This document shows positions 50,260-61,734 of a stretch of 64,000 bases of DNA, in pieces. The notes under the pieces were generated by a model, which made no database searches, was not told where the DNA came from, and saw only the letters and a list, made by a program, of their open reading frames with translations. The stretch's first letter is position 1; each line of letters starts with the position of its first letter. Source of the DNA: Penicillus capitatus (Eukaryota; Plantae; Chlorophyta); NCBI GenBank assembly GCA_965649825.1, contig OZ287706.1, positions 1 to 64,000 of the forward strand. Reading direction: 5' to 3'. The position numbers and the translations under genes are program-made.

Positions 50260-50850
50260 ATGCACTCCCTTTTCGCGTCAACTCTCGCCGAATTTAACTG
50301 TCGTTCTCAACGTCGGAGACCCCACAGTTTAGTATTCGACAACGGCTCCCTGATATGGTCAGCTGGCAGCAGAGCTCTATCAGAAGATGGAGTCTTTGAC
50401 GTCAGTTATTCGATCTGGTGCGCTCCTCGCTACTGGTGCTCTTCGTACTACATCAACAGCCACATCATTATCCCCAGCGGCCTGATGCTTCCAAGTGAAG
50501 AAACCATCCGACGACCTCTTTTTGCCAAGACCAACCAGGACGCTGTCACCTTCCTCAAGTCCCTTGCTGTATCGGACAGACTTACGATACACCACTATTC
50601 CTCATCACGAACCGTCATGAGGAGTTCACGCCACAAGAAAAACAGGATAAGTTGGAAAAGATCATCCTCAAGTCCTCGCGTGTCGACGATAAAGCTAGCC
50701 TTAAATTACTGCGTTCTGAGGCCTCTCTATTTCGCAGAGTCGAAGGAGAAGATCGGCTGGGAATCGATGGATAAAGCAAGTTCGTTAGAAGCTTCTGGCT
50801 TCGACCAGGCTAAGATGAATCGGCCAAAATGGTGGAAATCGCTCAAGTGA
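50260..50850 (+). CDS. Hypothetical intronless 196-aa ORF
   Basis: ATG-initiated ORF with no recognisable motif. Confidence 0.3.
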   Translation: MHSLFASTLAEFNCRSQRRRPHSLVFDNGSLIWSAGSRALSEDGVFDVSYSIWCAPRYWCSSYYINSHIIIPSGLMLPSEETIRRPLFAKTNQDAVTFLKSLAVSDRLTIHHYSSSRTVMRSSRHKKNRISWKRSSSSPRVSTIKLALNYCVLRPLYFAESKEKIGWESMDKASSLEASGFDQAKMNRPKWWKSLK

Positions 50851-51442
50851 AAACAGTACACAGCCCTCTGCGGATGACGCTTATCAGGCCACATGGAAAA
50901 CCGCGTCTACTTTTAAGGATTCAAACTGCTCGATGTTACTGAAGCAGACTCAACCTAGTGCCATTTTTGCAGCCATTGTCGTGTTTGTCGCTGAAACACG
51001 ATAACGACGAAGGCGTATTGGTTACAAAGACTGTTGTAACAATCAGCGTTCGGATTTTATACGCGTCAAGTGTCACATCAACGCGTCTCCGTGGCAGCTG
51101 CACGAAGGTGGACAGCTGTTCACTGACACCATGCCCTGAAACAAGAGATCACATTCTGAAATGTGCAGCATGCCTGCACATCCTGGCTATAGATTATAAA
51201 TTCCCTGTTACTGACTGGCCGTCAATATGGTCCTTGAAGAAAGTACGAGCTCAGATAGCAGATCTCGCCATTTCATCGCAACCTCTTCTCTCCTAACTGA
51301 CTGGTTCGGTCATGTTCCTATCAATGTGTGAACCTTACGATGCATGCTCTTGTTTTCTGTTTGCCCATGGTACATGTTAAATTAGACACCATGTAAAGAT
51401 GGAATCGTACACTCACTGGCGACAATCTCCAACATCAATTGC

Positions 51443-52402
51443 ATGGACGGCATCGAGGAAAAGAAGCGGCCAAGTGACATCGGGAACAAGTCCGTTCGCT
51501 CGCGCATCTACCAGAAGCAAAGGCTCGAGAAGAAGCGTCTCAAGAGTGCCGAGAGACGAAAACGGCAACATGAAAGGCGAAATGCCATTGCCGAAGGACG
51601 TCCAGCTCCTGAAAAACGCATCCCTCGCACGGTCGAGAACTCGAAGGTCGAAGACGTAACGGTCGTGCCCAAAGAAGGCGACGAAGAAGTCGATGCCGAA
51701 GAGCAGCTCGATGAATTCGCTTCGCATTTCCGTCGAGAGCGCCAACCCAAGATCCTCATCACAACGAGTTTTCACCCGGGTCACGAAGTCAAGCAGTTCA
51801 TCCTTGAGATGTTGAATGTCTTCCCTATCGCCATATACTACTCGAGACGCGACTATGGTCTGAAGAAGATCGTTCAATATGCCATCAAAGAGGACTTTAC
51901 AGATCTGGTGGTTTTTAATCAAGACCGAAAAGAGGTTAACGGAATGCTGGTCACACATTTGCCGGAGGGACCGACAGCGCATTTCCGTCTGAGAAATCTG
52001 AAGTTGCGCAAAGACATTCCTCACTGCGGAGAACCCACCTCACACAAGCCAGAGATGGTCCTTAACAACTTTGATTCACGATTGGGACATCGCATTGCAC
52101 GACTTTTCGTCTCTCTGTTTCCGCAGCAGCCGCAGTTTCGTGGTCGACAGGTGGCGACTTTTCACAATCAAAGGGATTTTATTTTCTTTCGCCATCATCG
52201 CTATGTCTTCGAGGAGAAAGAGAAGGAAGACTCAACAGGACGCGTTGTACGCAAACTCAAAGTCCGTCTACAGGAACTGGGTCCTCGTTTCACTCTGAAA
52301 CTACTCAGTCTTCAGAAGGGGACGTTTGATTCCAGATATGGAGAATTTGAATGGACTAAGAAAAGAGATATGAGAAAAAACAGAAAGATGTTCCACATTT
52401 AG
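51443..52402 (+). CDS. RPF1: Ribosome production factor 1 (Brix domain), intronless
   Basis: PKILITTS, DFTDLVVFNQDRK, HLPEGPTAHF, QFRGRQVATFHNQRDFIFFRHHRY and LQELGPRFTLKLLSLQKGTFDSRYGEFEW. Confidence 0.96.
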   Translation: MDGIEEKKRPSDIGNKSVRSRIYQKQRLEKKRLKSAERRKRQHERRNAIAEGRPAPEKRIPRTVENSKVEDVTVVPKEGDEEVDAEEQLDEFASHFRRERQPKILITTSFHPGHEVKQFILEMLNVFPIAIYYSRRDYGLKKIVQYAIKEDFTDLVVFNQDRKEVNGMLVTHLPEGPTAHFRLRNLKLRKDIPHCGEPTSHKPEMVLNNFDSRLGHRIARLFVSLFPQQPQFRGRQVATFHNQRDFIFFRHHRYVFEEKEKEDSTGRVVRKLKVRLQELGPRFTLKLLSLQKGTFDSRYGEFEWTKKRDMRKNRKMFHI

Positions 52403-52446
52403 TGAGATCCACTTGACACGACATCCGCTTGCGATTGTTTGTCGAG

Positions 52447-52935
52447 ATGCGCTTGTCGCCGAAATCCATTACCGACAGTCGCACCTTCGCGGCATTGGTG
52501 CAGAAAAGTTTCGATGAAGTGGATTACGAGAACAATAAGAGACTCGACAAGAAAGAACTCCATATCGCACTCCTGCTACTCTACGACAAGCTCAACAGCC
52601 TTCTGCCTGTACACATGGCGGTGCCCACGCGAGAAGAGGTCGAGAACTTGCTCAAGAATTACGACACAGACCAGAGCGGCGGATTGGAGTATGCAGAGTA
52701 TCTGGAACTCGCAAAGGCGTTGTTTGGTGGGAAGCATGGGTGGAAGGATTCCATTTTGTTGCGTGCCGCAACCATGATGTTGTTAAATCTTCTGGTGTGG
52801 CCATTGGCAGGATCCGGTGCTCGTCGAGGATTGATCGGCCTGGGAATGACAGGAGCTGCCATGATTCCTGCTCCTGTTTGGAGCATTGCTGCCGAAAACG
52901 TTGTAAAATTGATTCACGGTACGACGATGAAGTGA
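52447..52935 (+). CDS. Small two-EF-hand protein with hydrophobic C-terminus, intronless
   Basis: DEVDYENNKRLDKKE and YDTDQSGGLEYAEY EF-hand loops followed by a TM-like segment. Confidence 0.75.
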   Translation: MRLSPKSITDSRTFAALVQKSFDEVDYENNKRLDKKELHIALLLLYDKLNSLLPVHMAVPTREEVENLLKNYDTDQSGGLEYAEYLELAKALFGGKHGWKDSILLRAATMMLLNLLVWPLAGSGARRGLIGLGMTGAAMIPAPVWSIAAENVVKLIHGTTMK

Positions 52936-53081
52936 ACGCATGTTTAAATGCACGTCATGTTATGATATTTCTTGATCTTCTCCTCGTCGCGGCACGCTAC
53001 TCAGCGCGAACTTGAAACTCGAATCGTTGAGGACGAACGCAAGACGGACGTGCGCGTATTGTTCGCTTACCGCCGTCCATT

Positions 53082-56000
53082 ATGTCGCGACGCACTTTGC
53101 GGCCACGGCCGTTCGATAACAAGAAGAAACTCACTGTCGTACACGAGGCTACTGGGCTCGACCTCGAAGGCAGCACGGTGGAGCGTTCCATTGCTAACCG
53201 GAATAGAGAACTCGAAAAGAACAACGATAAGGTGAACGAGGGGTGGAAATGGGAGAGTTCGAGACAGTGTGGGGACAGGTGGTGACCGTCGCTTCCAAGA
53301 GCGGCGAGGAATTTGTACCCGTCCCTGGATTTCGTCAGGTTGCTGTTTACGAACAGCTCTATCCTGATGACTTCAAGAGTAAAGACGACATGAATGCTGA
53401 GTATCTGACCAGTAAGGCTGCGATCGCTCTCTGTTTTGTGGGAATTGATGTTGTGACATTTGGTTCAGGTGGGAAGGATCTCCTGCCAATGGAAAGTCAA
53501 TGCGTCGAGTATGCAGCAGATTCGGAAGACGAGGATTGGTTGGACACGACTATGAATTCGGAGAACCAGGATCGCCTGTCTGTAGCGAATCTCGAAAAGA
53601 TTATCTGGAAACTCGAACTCGCTAATTCTATGGTCACCCAACACATGCTTCGAAAAGCAGGCAAGACGATGTCTCTTTTGAGTAGAGATATCAGAATCCG
53701 CGTTCTGTAGGTGCATCGATGATGGAAAGAAAATCAAAAGGATCAAGTGCCTTCATGCAACCTTTGAGCAAAGCAGCGGCTGTCAAACTGCTGAAGAAGC
53801 ACGAAGGATTTGAATCGACAGTGATCGAGCGGGTCTATGAATACTGGGCACGAAAGAGACGCACCAGGAAGGAGCCATTGCTCAGAACGCTTCAACCGAA
53901 GACTGCAGCAAACGATAGAGATCCTGATCACACATTTAGGGAACGCGAAAAGGTCAAACGACCCAACACACGACGCAGACGGCATGTCAACCGAGGCGAG
54001 AATGTGGAGGAGAAGCTGAACGAGATCAAAGATGAGATGGGACACGTTTGCAACATTCTCCGCTCTATGATCAATCGGGAATCTGTCAAGGCGCACGTTG
54101 TCAATGTCTACGTGGCACAAAAGAGACTACTCTTAGATAAGCTCTCAAGTGAAGAGCAAGGACAGACGTCAAAGCTGACGGAGATTCGCAAAGATCAGAA
54201 AAAGAAGGAACGCTACCTGAAAAAGGACGACGCAGAGTACAGAGCAAAGATCTGTCGGTTCTTGCTACAGAACGTCTTTCACGGTCAGTTGAGGAAGATG
54301 TTTGCATCGGCAAGAGGAACAGAAGGAGAGGGCGGATGTGATGCAGCTGTATCACGTCGTTTGAGGAAAGCACAGAAGCGACGGCAAAAGGTTATCTCCT
54401 TCCTTGTCCAGGACAGAAACTGGCAGAAGTGGCACGACAAGACATGGATGCAGAAGATGTATATCATCTTAAAGAAACGCTCTGTTCTGGGAAACATGAC
54501 GCGTTATATTCATCAGAAAAAGACGTGGCGTAGATGGGATGCCTTTGTAAAGCTCACAAGAGATCGGCGCCAGCGTAAGATGATTGAATTGGCCCAAAAG
54601 AGAAGACTTGTTCCTGGACATCCAGGGAAAACCACGAAGACGCTCAAATCAACGGCCAAACCATCAAGCGATTCGAAATCAGACCCTGGAAAGGCCACAG
54701 ACATCCATCGAAAGAAAGCAACATCTCGTCCAAACTCGGCGCCACATTCAGAAGGAGGAGAGAGTCACGGGGATGGATCTGGAGGAGATGCAACATCTCC
54801 TGAAGCTGTTGCAGGATGGACCGTGGCCTGGGCTCAACGCCAAGGCATTGTTGCTCCCAAAGCACCACGGGTGACGAAAACCATCACCATACCGTCCACA
54901 TTCGTCGTGCCACAGAATGGATTCTCCTGTCTCCCTCCCCGTTTGAAGGAGATGTATACAGAAGCAGAAAAAGATGCCATGCAGCCACCAGATCATGTGT
55001 CTCGCAAAATCAAAGCGCTGAGACTAAGACGGCAAAGACTGCGACAAATTCAGCGCGACGGACAAGCAGAAAGAACTGCAGCGGTGGCTCAATTCAATCA
55101 AGAATGCCAGAGAGATTCAGAACGTAAGCATCAGAAGGATCAAACGCAACAATTGCGACGACATCTTTTGGAAGCACGAGAACTCAGTCAAAAGGAGAGA
55201 GTGAAAAAAGCATATGCATCCCTGACAAAAAACCGACAGGGCAAAACAAATTCCTCTGAAGAGTTCACGTCTCCAGGACAGCCGATGAATGTCGGAATTG
55301 CTTCTGAGCCAGCTTTGGAAATGGAGGGCGTTACATCGGAATGCTTATCATGCGAAAACTATGCAGAAATGAGGCAAAAGCTGCTTCTCTTTCTCAAGAA
55401 AAAGATCCGATCGCTTTCTCGTCGTTCCTCAGAACAGCAACGAAATAAAGGCGGCATTCCAGAATTAAAGGAAATGCTTGAACGGTTCTGGCAATTAAAA
55501 TCTGCAAAGATCCCTGATCTATGTCTGATGGAGGCAGTCATTGGAGATCTGGTCCCTACATCTGAACAGGATGCTGCTTCAGATGGTCCAGCGTCATCGG
55601 CTGACATCTCTGATGATGGAACATCGAGTGCCATCAGGAAGAAGCGGAAACGTTCGAGAAATAAAGTGAATCCGAGGTCCAAAGCGACGAAGTCGAACCA
55701 AGATGTCGAATCGTCGAAGGAACGTAAAACGGACGGCACATCAATGAAGAGAGTATATCTTATCAAGCGGCCACATCGACGACTGGCCTTAGAAATCCGA
55801 CTCCGTGGTCGGAACAAGACGATGAAATTAAAACCTGGTCAGACAGTTCAGCTCAATGCGTTCCCCGGAGATGGACAGGAGATGGATGTTGATATGTTGC
55901 GGCGTCATATTGAAGCTGAAGATGTGACGTGTGAGACGGCAGATGAAAGGGTTCGATCGATCGGCAGCACGTCGAAGGAGTCAGCAATGGATCCCAAACA

Positions 56001-57405
56001 ACAACAAGAGTTAACTGCACATTGGAATAGCCTGTGTTCGAGAGATGGACCAGTTGCCCAAGTTCCTGTCCATTCTCATCGCATGATCAAGGCACAGTCT
56101 GCTCCAGTGCTGGTGACTAGTGATGAATGTTATCCATCCAACATTCAGCACAATAAGTCAAAAAGTGTGAGAAGAAATGTTGCTGTTGGCATGGGAGCTT
56201 CTCTTCGGCTGCTGAAGGGCAAAGGGATCTCACTGTCTGCACTGAATAAACGACAAAGACTGAGAAGACAAATTCTGAAACCTCTTCTGCCTAGGATCGA
56301 AGCTAATCGAAGCCTTCCGAAAACGAAGCTTCGCAAAATACAGGCACTGTTGAATGTGAAGATGCAAGTCCCATCCCGTCCTGAAAGGAAGCCACTGTTT
56401 TGCTATGCCTTCAAGCTGGACAATATCATGCAATCCGACAAAATTCCTGCCAACATGATGAAGCCTCCTCCCTACTTATCTCCGGAAGTTTTGCGGTCTG
56501 GATTGACACGTGTCGGTCGAGGAAATAGAATGTGGGTGGATCGGGTCGATCCAATGACGCTGCGTCGATCAGCTCTGAAAGAAGGTGATAAGGCAACATC
56601 TGTTTGTCATTCAATTCCCACGCTTCAGCGCGTGTTAAAGAGTGATCAGCGCAAGAAGAAAGTCATCCGACAGAAATCCATTCAGCGAAGTCTCTTCAAA
56701 AGAAAGCTGGAAGAAAAGAAAGCACAAAGGATCAATGAAATGCAGGAATCTGCCACTCAGTTGGCTAATAGACAACAGAACTTCTTGCCATACTGTGTTG
56801 TCCAATGTGGTTTGGGAAAGGATGCACGGAGAGGGGAGAAGGCAGGTAAGACAAGAGAAGAGGTCGATACGAAAAAAGAAGCACAAAGACTGTACGGAAC
56901 AATGATGGAAGTCGGCGTACCTTTGCCGATGAAGCATCTTCTGCATGCCACTTCGTCTGTCAGTGCTGCTGCAGTCGCTGCTGGTCCGTCTTCAAACGCG
57001 ATGGAGTCGACACAAATGAGAATAAAGACAGAACCCCCTATGACAATGGGGATGTTTCATGAAGAAAGGAATCAGAATGGAGCACAGGTAACCACTCCAT
57101 CAGAGGCTCCACTGGAGGATGGAAACACTTCCACTATGATGCCCCGTGAAGTCATGTCTTCACTAGGCCGTATCAGAAGTGAGGGAATGTTATTCGGATC
57201 TTCGCCGACACGATTTATACAGAGCAGTGAGGTAGGAGGAACCAAGTCAGGAACTCTCCGAAGCGACCTCTATTGTCTTTTGCAGATGATGAGGACGGCT
57301 TCAGGTTCCGTTGTTGATGTGAATTACTTGAGCAGCATTGCCCCAAGAAAACCACGAACCAGCAAAGAACAAGTTTGCAATGTTTACAAGAAGAGCTTCG
57401 CATAA
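53082..57405 (+). CDS. EPL1: Enhancer of polycomb-like protein (NuA4/TIP60 subunit) with very long C-terminal extension
   Basis: MSRRTLRPRPFDNKKKL, VEYAADSEDEDWL, LEKIIWKLE and VYEYWARKRRTRKEPLLRTLQP..NDRDPDHTFREREK match the plant EPL1 EPcA domain. Confidence 0.85.
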
Positions 57406-58223
57406 GTCTGTTTGCATTACATGAAATCGTAAGATTCGATTAATCTGTGCGCCTAAATGAAACACAAAACAGTACCTTCTCATTAGAAACAGCGACAGAC
57501 GTTTGATACCTGACATCATATCTGTAATCCAAACAGGACGCAAGGATCGATGTATGTGGCGGCATGTATCTCTGGTGTTTGATGCGACTCTTCCCAGAAG
57601 CACTTCGAATCTGTTAGGCATAGTGGAACAAGAAGAACGACAAGACTATTCAATTAGTAACCTATCGCTCTCATTTAGGACTTTCATCTTCTCAGAGCAC
57701 GGCTGCATGTTGATGGTATACCATGTACTTTGACTGCTCAATTTGTAAAATCACTCGCTCATATTATTCGCAGCTAAGTAGATTATCTGCAACGCAAGCG
57801 TTGTATGTAGACATATAGATCCACCCAATGGTAATGGAAGCAGACATAGAGAACATTGAAAGCCCTCGGACACACCAAAACCAATTTTCGTGCCATCAAC
57901 GTACAGACAGGTAAACGGTTCAACACAATGATCTAAGAAAGTTTGCAATGTTTCTTCGATTGCGATGAAACTAGGGTTGCTTTAGTAAGCAGTACATAAA
58001 GCCTCCCAGGGCCTTGTGGCTGAAGCAAGGAGAACACAGAAACATATTACAGTATTGACACTAAGGTGTCTTAATGACATTATTTTAACCGTGCGACGAA
58101 GGTAAAGCTACAGCGAAGCAAAGTTACCGATTAGGATCTTTCCTTAGTAGAGGGGTACTAATATTTTAAGATAGGAGCCCAATCTTGACTACGAGGTATA
58201 CATATTCGTTTTATCTGCTGCTG

Positions 58224-58293
58224 GACATCAGTCCGAACGCCTTGCGACATCATTCCGAACGCTTTGCGACATCAGTCCGAACGCCTTGTGACA
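58224..58293. repeat. 22-bp tandem repeat, about 3.2 copies (gacatcagtccgaacgccttgc)
   Basis: gacatcagtccgaacgccttgc / gacatcattccgaacgctttgc / gacatcagtccgaacgccttgt / gaca. Confidence 0.9.
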
Positions 58294-59573
58294 ACTGTTG
58301 TTGGGGGTGATGCGGATTGAAATAGCTTTTGTATTCGATTTTAATCACGACAACACGGATGCTAGATTAGTTTAAGTATCCAAGAGATTCATTGAATTAA
58401 CAGCTACGGTGCATATGATCGTTTTGTAGAAATTTATGCAAATACACCGAACTTAAGAACGCAATGACTTGCCCTTGAGCAAAATGTCTTCTAGTTATCG
58501 CCGTCTTGTCCGAGACCCACTAAGCGGCAATCTTGAAGAAAGAGATCAATCAAAACGACAAATGATCTTTCATGTCTCGGATCATGCATGATGCGACACT
58601 TGAATATTGACAATACTAGAAGTATTAAATCGTTATCATCCGCATTAGAACGTAAGCCGCGTCACGTGAAGCGAGATTATAAGATTTAAAATAACTAACA
58701 CCAAGTATTGAAATAGAGAACAATTAGAAATGGCGCGCACACATACCATTGGCAGCTAATAGGCGAATGACGCGCTTATCCTTAGCAACTACGAGGTTCA
58801 GATTAAAGAAGATGTCAGAACTAAACAAAGTGCAAAAGCCGGAAAAGAAAATGTTGAGAAAACTGTCCGTTACATTAGATGAAGAGAGTTACGAACATCG
58901 ACAAAGCATAGTATGAAGACTGGGACTGTCCCGCCGCACTTGAAGAAAAGGATAGTTACAGGTAGGTTAAGTAAAAAAGTGTTATGCTACGATTACCAAG
59001 AACTGCCGATAAGTCTCTTTTGAAAAATCTTTAAAAGGTTGCAGGAGGAAGATAGAGTTAGAGAATATTGCACACATATATGACTTAAAAGCTTCACTAG
59101 ACAAACAGTGTCCCAGTCGACGACACTGCATTCAAGTTTCCATACAATTACTTCGGCGAACGTCCAAATGTTAACTAAAGTCCAATTCATACATGCAAGA
59201 GCACATTGACTTATAACTCCATAATGTTCTACTTCTATCTGCACTGCTGGTTTGATAAATGCGCGACATGCTTCATAGATTTACAGAAGAAGTTCTTCTT
59301 CTGGTATGATAGACTTTCCAGAGTACTGAGAAGCGATTGAGCATTCAAGACCATTTATATCAAGAACAATCTTTCTTGCCAAGTGTTGACTGCCGTGTAG
59401 AGATCGTTTGGTGGAAGTTTCTTAAAATCTAGCGAATTCTGCTACTCTACGTCTATTTCTCACCGACTGTGGTCTCTTTACTGCCAGCAACAACTTGACG
59501 ATTCGCAACGCATTTGACTTCTAGAAAGAAAGCGTTTGCAGTCGTAGACGCCGTACTCATTTGATCCATTAAC

Positions 59574-60248
59574 ATGACGGGATCAATGTTCTGCAGAAGC
59601 TTGGCTCGAAGACCATTGCCGGCGAGGTCATTGAAGAGGAACGCAACTCGTCACAAGATAAATGCCCTCCACGCAAATAGACTGACTGTCGTCAGTCCGA
59701 AAAGGGCATTGTGCAAAACTCCAAGAAGACTATTGTACGCAGAAGTCTCCAGTTCTCCACTGGTGCATTCTCCACTCATATAGAGCAGCCTATTTGATTA
59801 AGTGATCCCTCTCAGGTCGAGAAACTAAATGCTGCTGAACTAGAAGTGGCCATTCAAGACCGCAGTCGACATATTATTATCGATTTCTACGCCACCTGGT
59901 GTGGTCCTTGTGTGTTGATGGCACAAGAACTATTGAAAGTAGAACTGACTGAGAAGTACTGGAGTGTACCGATGGTCTCATCATTGTGTTCAACAGGTTG
60001 CTGAAAAGCTAAAAGACAAAGTGCGCATTTTGAAAGTGGACACCGACGAAAATCCAGAACTCAGTAGCCAATTGAATGTGCGCCTGTGAATCAATCCTCC
60101 ACGCTCTTAATTGAATACGATGTTCTGACAGATCGAGGGATTGCCCACATTGATGTTTTTGAGTTCCGGGACAAACAAGAAGTCCTTGCGCTTAGAAGGA
60201 ATGATCCCGGCCGAAACCGTTATCAAAATCATCGAAGAAGAACTCTGA
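59574..60248 (+). CDS. TRXZ: Plastid thioredoxin z (CITRX)
   Basis: Transit peptide, then VEKLNAAELEVAIQDRSRHIIIDFYATWCGPCVLMAQEL...KVDTDENPELSSQLN|IEGLPTLMF...LRLEGMIPAETVIKIIEEEL*. Confidence 0.85.
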
Positions 60249-60315
60249 TGACCGAGACTCGACTCGAATGACATCCAGATTCGAAGCGATGTAACATTCT
60301 TTGCTCTTTGCCGCA

Positions 60316-60974
60316 TCACTGTGAAATGTTTATCTTCACCGCCATTGAACACGTCCTGCATGCACATGATAAGTTTAGAATACAAGGTCTTTGATCAGTA
60401 AGTGTGATGCACCGGCAAGGAAGGACAATGGAGGAGAAATTGGTTCGGAATAATGAGAGCTGTTCTTTGTCCAGGTAAATTGCATCACCGCAGCGACAGG
60501 GACATGTCCAGACATCTTCACCTAATCACACAGGACGACATGTTTTGTGCAAGAGGGTGGGCTTTCAGGACCTGACTCCTGATCGTGCTCCATTTCGTCG
60601 AGGTTTAAAGAATCGTAGATGGGCACTGTGCTGCACTCACTGAAGGAAAGCTGTGCGTCATAGCACTTTCGAGTGATCTCGTCTCTGAGCACCTTGTTTA
60701 AGAAGATATCAAGGAGATAAAGACAATATTGATAAAACCGGCGAACCTCCCATGCACGCTGGATGTCATGAAATCGGTTTTCCATCGACGCCTTGGTAGA
60801 GCTCTCCTGAGTTTATGTAATATGTGAACGACGACAAGAATGGTGTACTTGGCCGTTGTTCACTGGATTGAGATTCTTGTCTGGATGCGCCACACGTGCA
60901 GCATCGAGATAAGCCTTTCGAATGACATCGAACGATGCGTTGCGGTCGACGCCAATAATGTCGTAGAGTGACAT
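60316..60974 (-). CDS. DPH4: DnaJ + CSL zinc finger protein, diphthamide biosynthesis protein 4
   Basis: MSLYDIIGVDRNASFDVIRKAYLDAARVAHPDK...VLRDEITRKCYD...LNLDEM...WTCPCRCGD...LPC|RTCSMAVKI. Confidence 0.85.
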
Positions 60975-61734
60975 ACTCGGCAAGCAATCTCTGCTCGAAA
61001 TCGATGTGACGCTTCCACTGTGCGCCACCTTGCTCTTACAGCAGGTAACTCAAAGGGAAGCAATAAAACCATCGTTCTGGTGGGCCGATTATCGTCGGTA
61101 CGAGTGGGGAGCGTTTTTGAACAGAGTACAACGGACTAACTTCGACAGAGAAACACAGAATGCAACTGTGTCGTGTTCATTGTTTTGAAATGGGCATCCT
61201 GACACACACATAATCACGGCCAAAACAACATGTGTTATTCTCGGAATGCGTTGGCTACATGCTTCCTTTAGTTGCATTGTGGATCTGTGCTGAATGAACT
61301 GAATGAAGCCTTAGTTTTTCTGAAAGATTAAATTCTAAAGACGTCACTGAATTTTCCGCATCCTCGACTGATCTCATACTAGTGACGTTCTTCTCGCCTG
61401 GCGAAGTGGTGATGCATTCTAGAATCTTCGTCATAAACTGTTCAGATTAGTAGACCATGCTCTCGATCCAATTCAAACACAATCGCTGAATGACATTCCC
61501 CCAACAATCATCATCAAAAAGATTGCGTAGAGAGCTAAGGGTTGCAAAATAGAAAATGAATATGAATGGGAGAGTTGTGCCTCCAGCATTATGAACTGAG
61601 GCAGATAAAAGAGAGTGTACAAATGAAAAATGAGAACTGCAAGTTGCATTCGATGCAGGAGTCAGTCATTTGAGAGAGTGCATAAGTCTTTGTCAGTACT
61701 GGTTTCCAGGAATAACGCGTCTCCGCATTCCCTT

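Noticed and set aside
51413-52024. 203-aa minus-strand ORF
   Set aside because: Antisense shadow of RPF1 with no protein-like features.
17789-52402. Non-standard code (TAA/TAG = Gln, as in some ulvophytes) as the cause of the fragmented ORFs
   Set aside because: CCT5 and RPF1 end in TAG exactly at their conserved C-termini, and the ORF breaks are explained by GT-AG introns.
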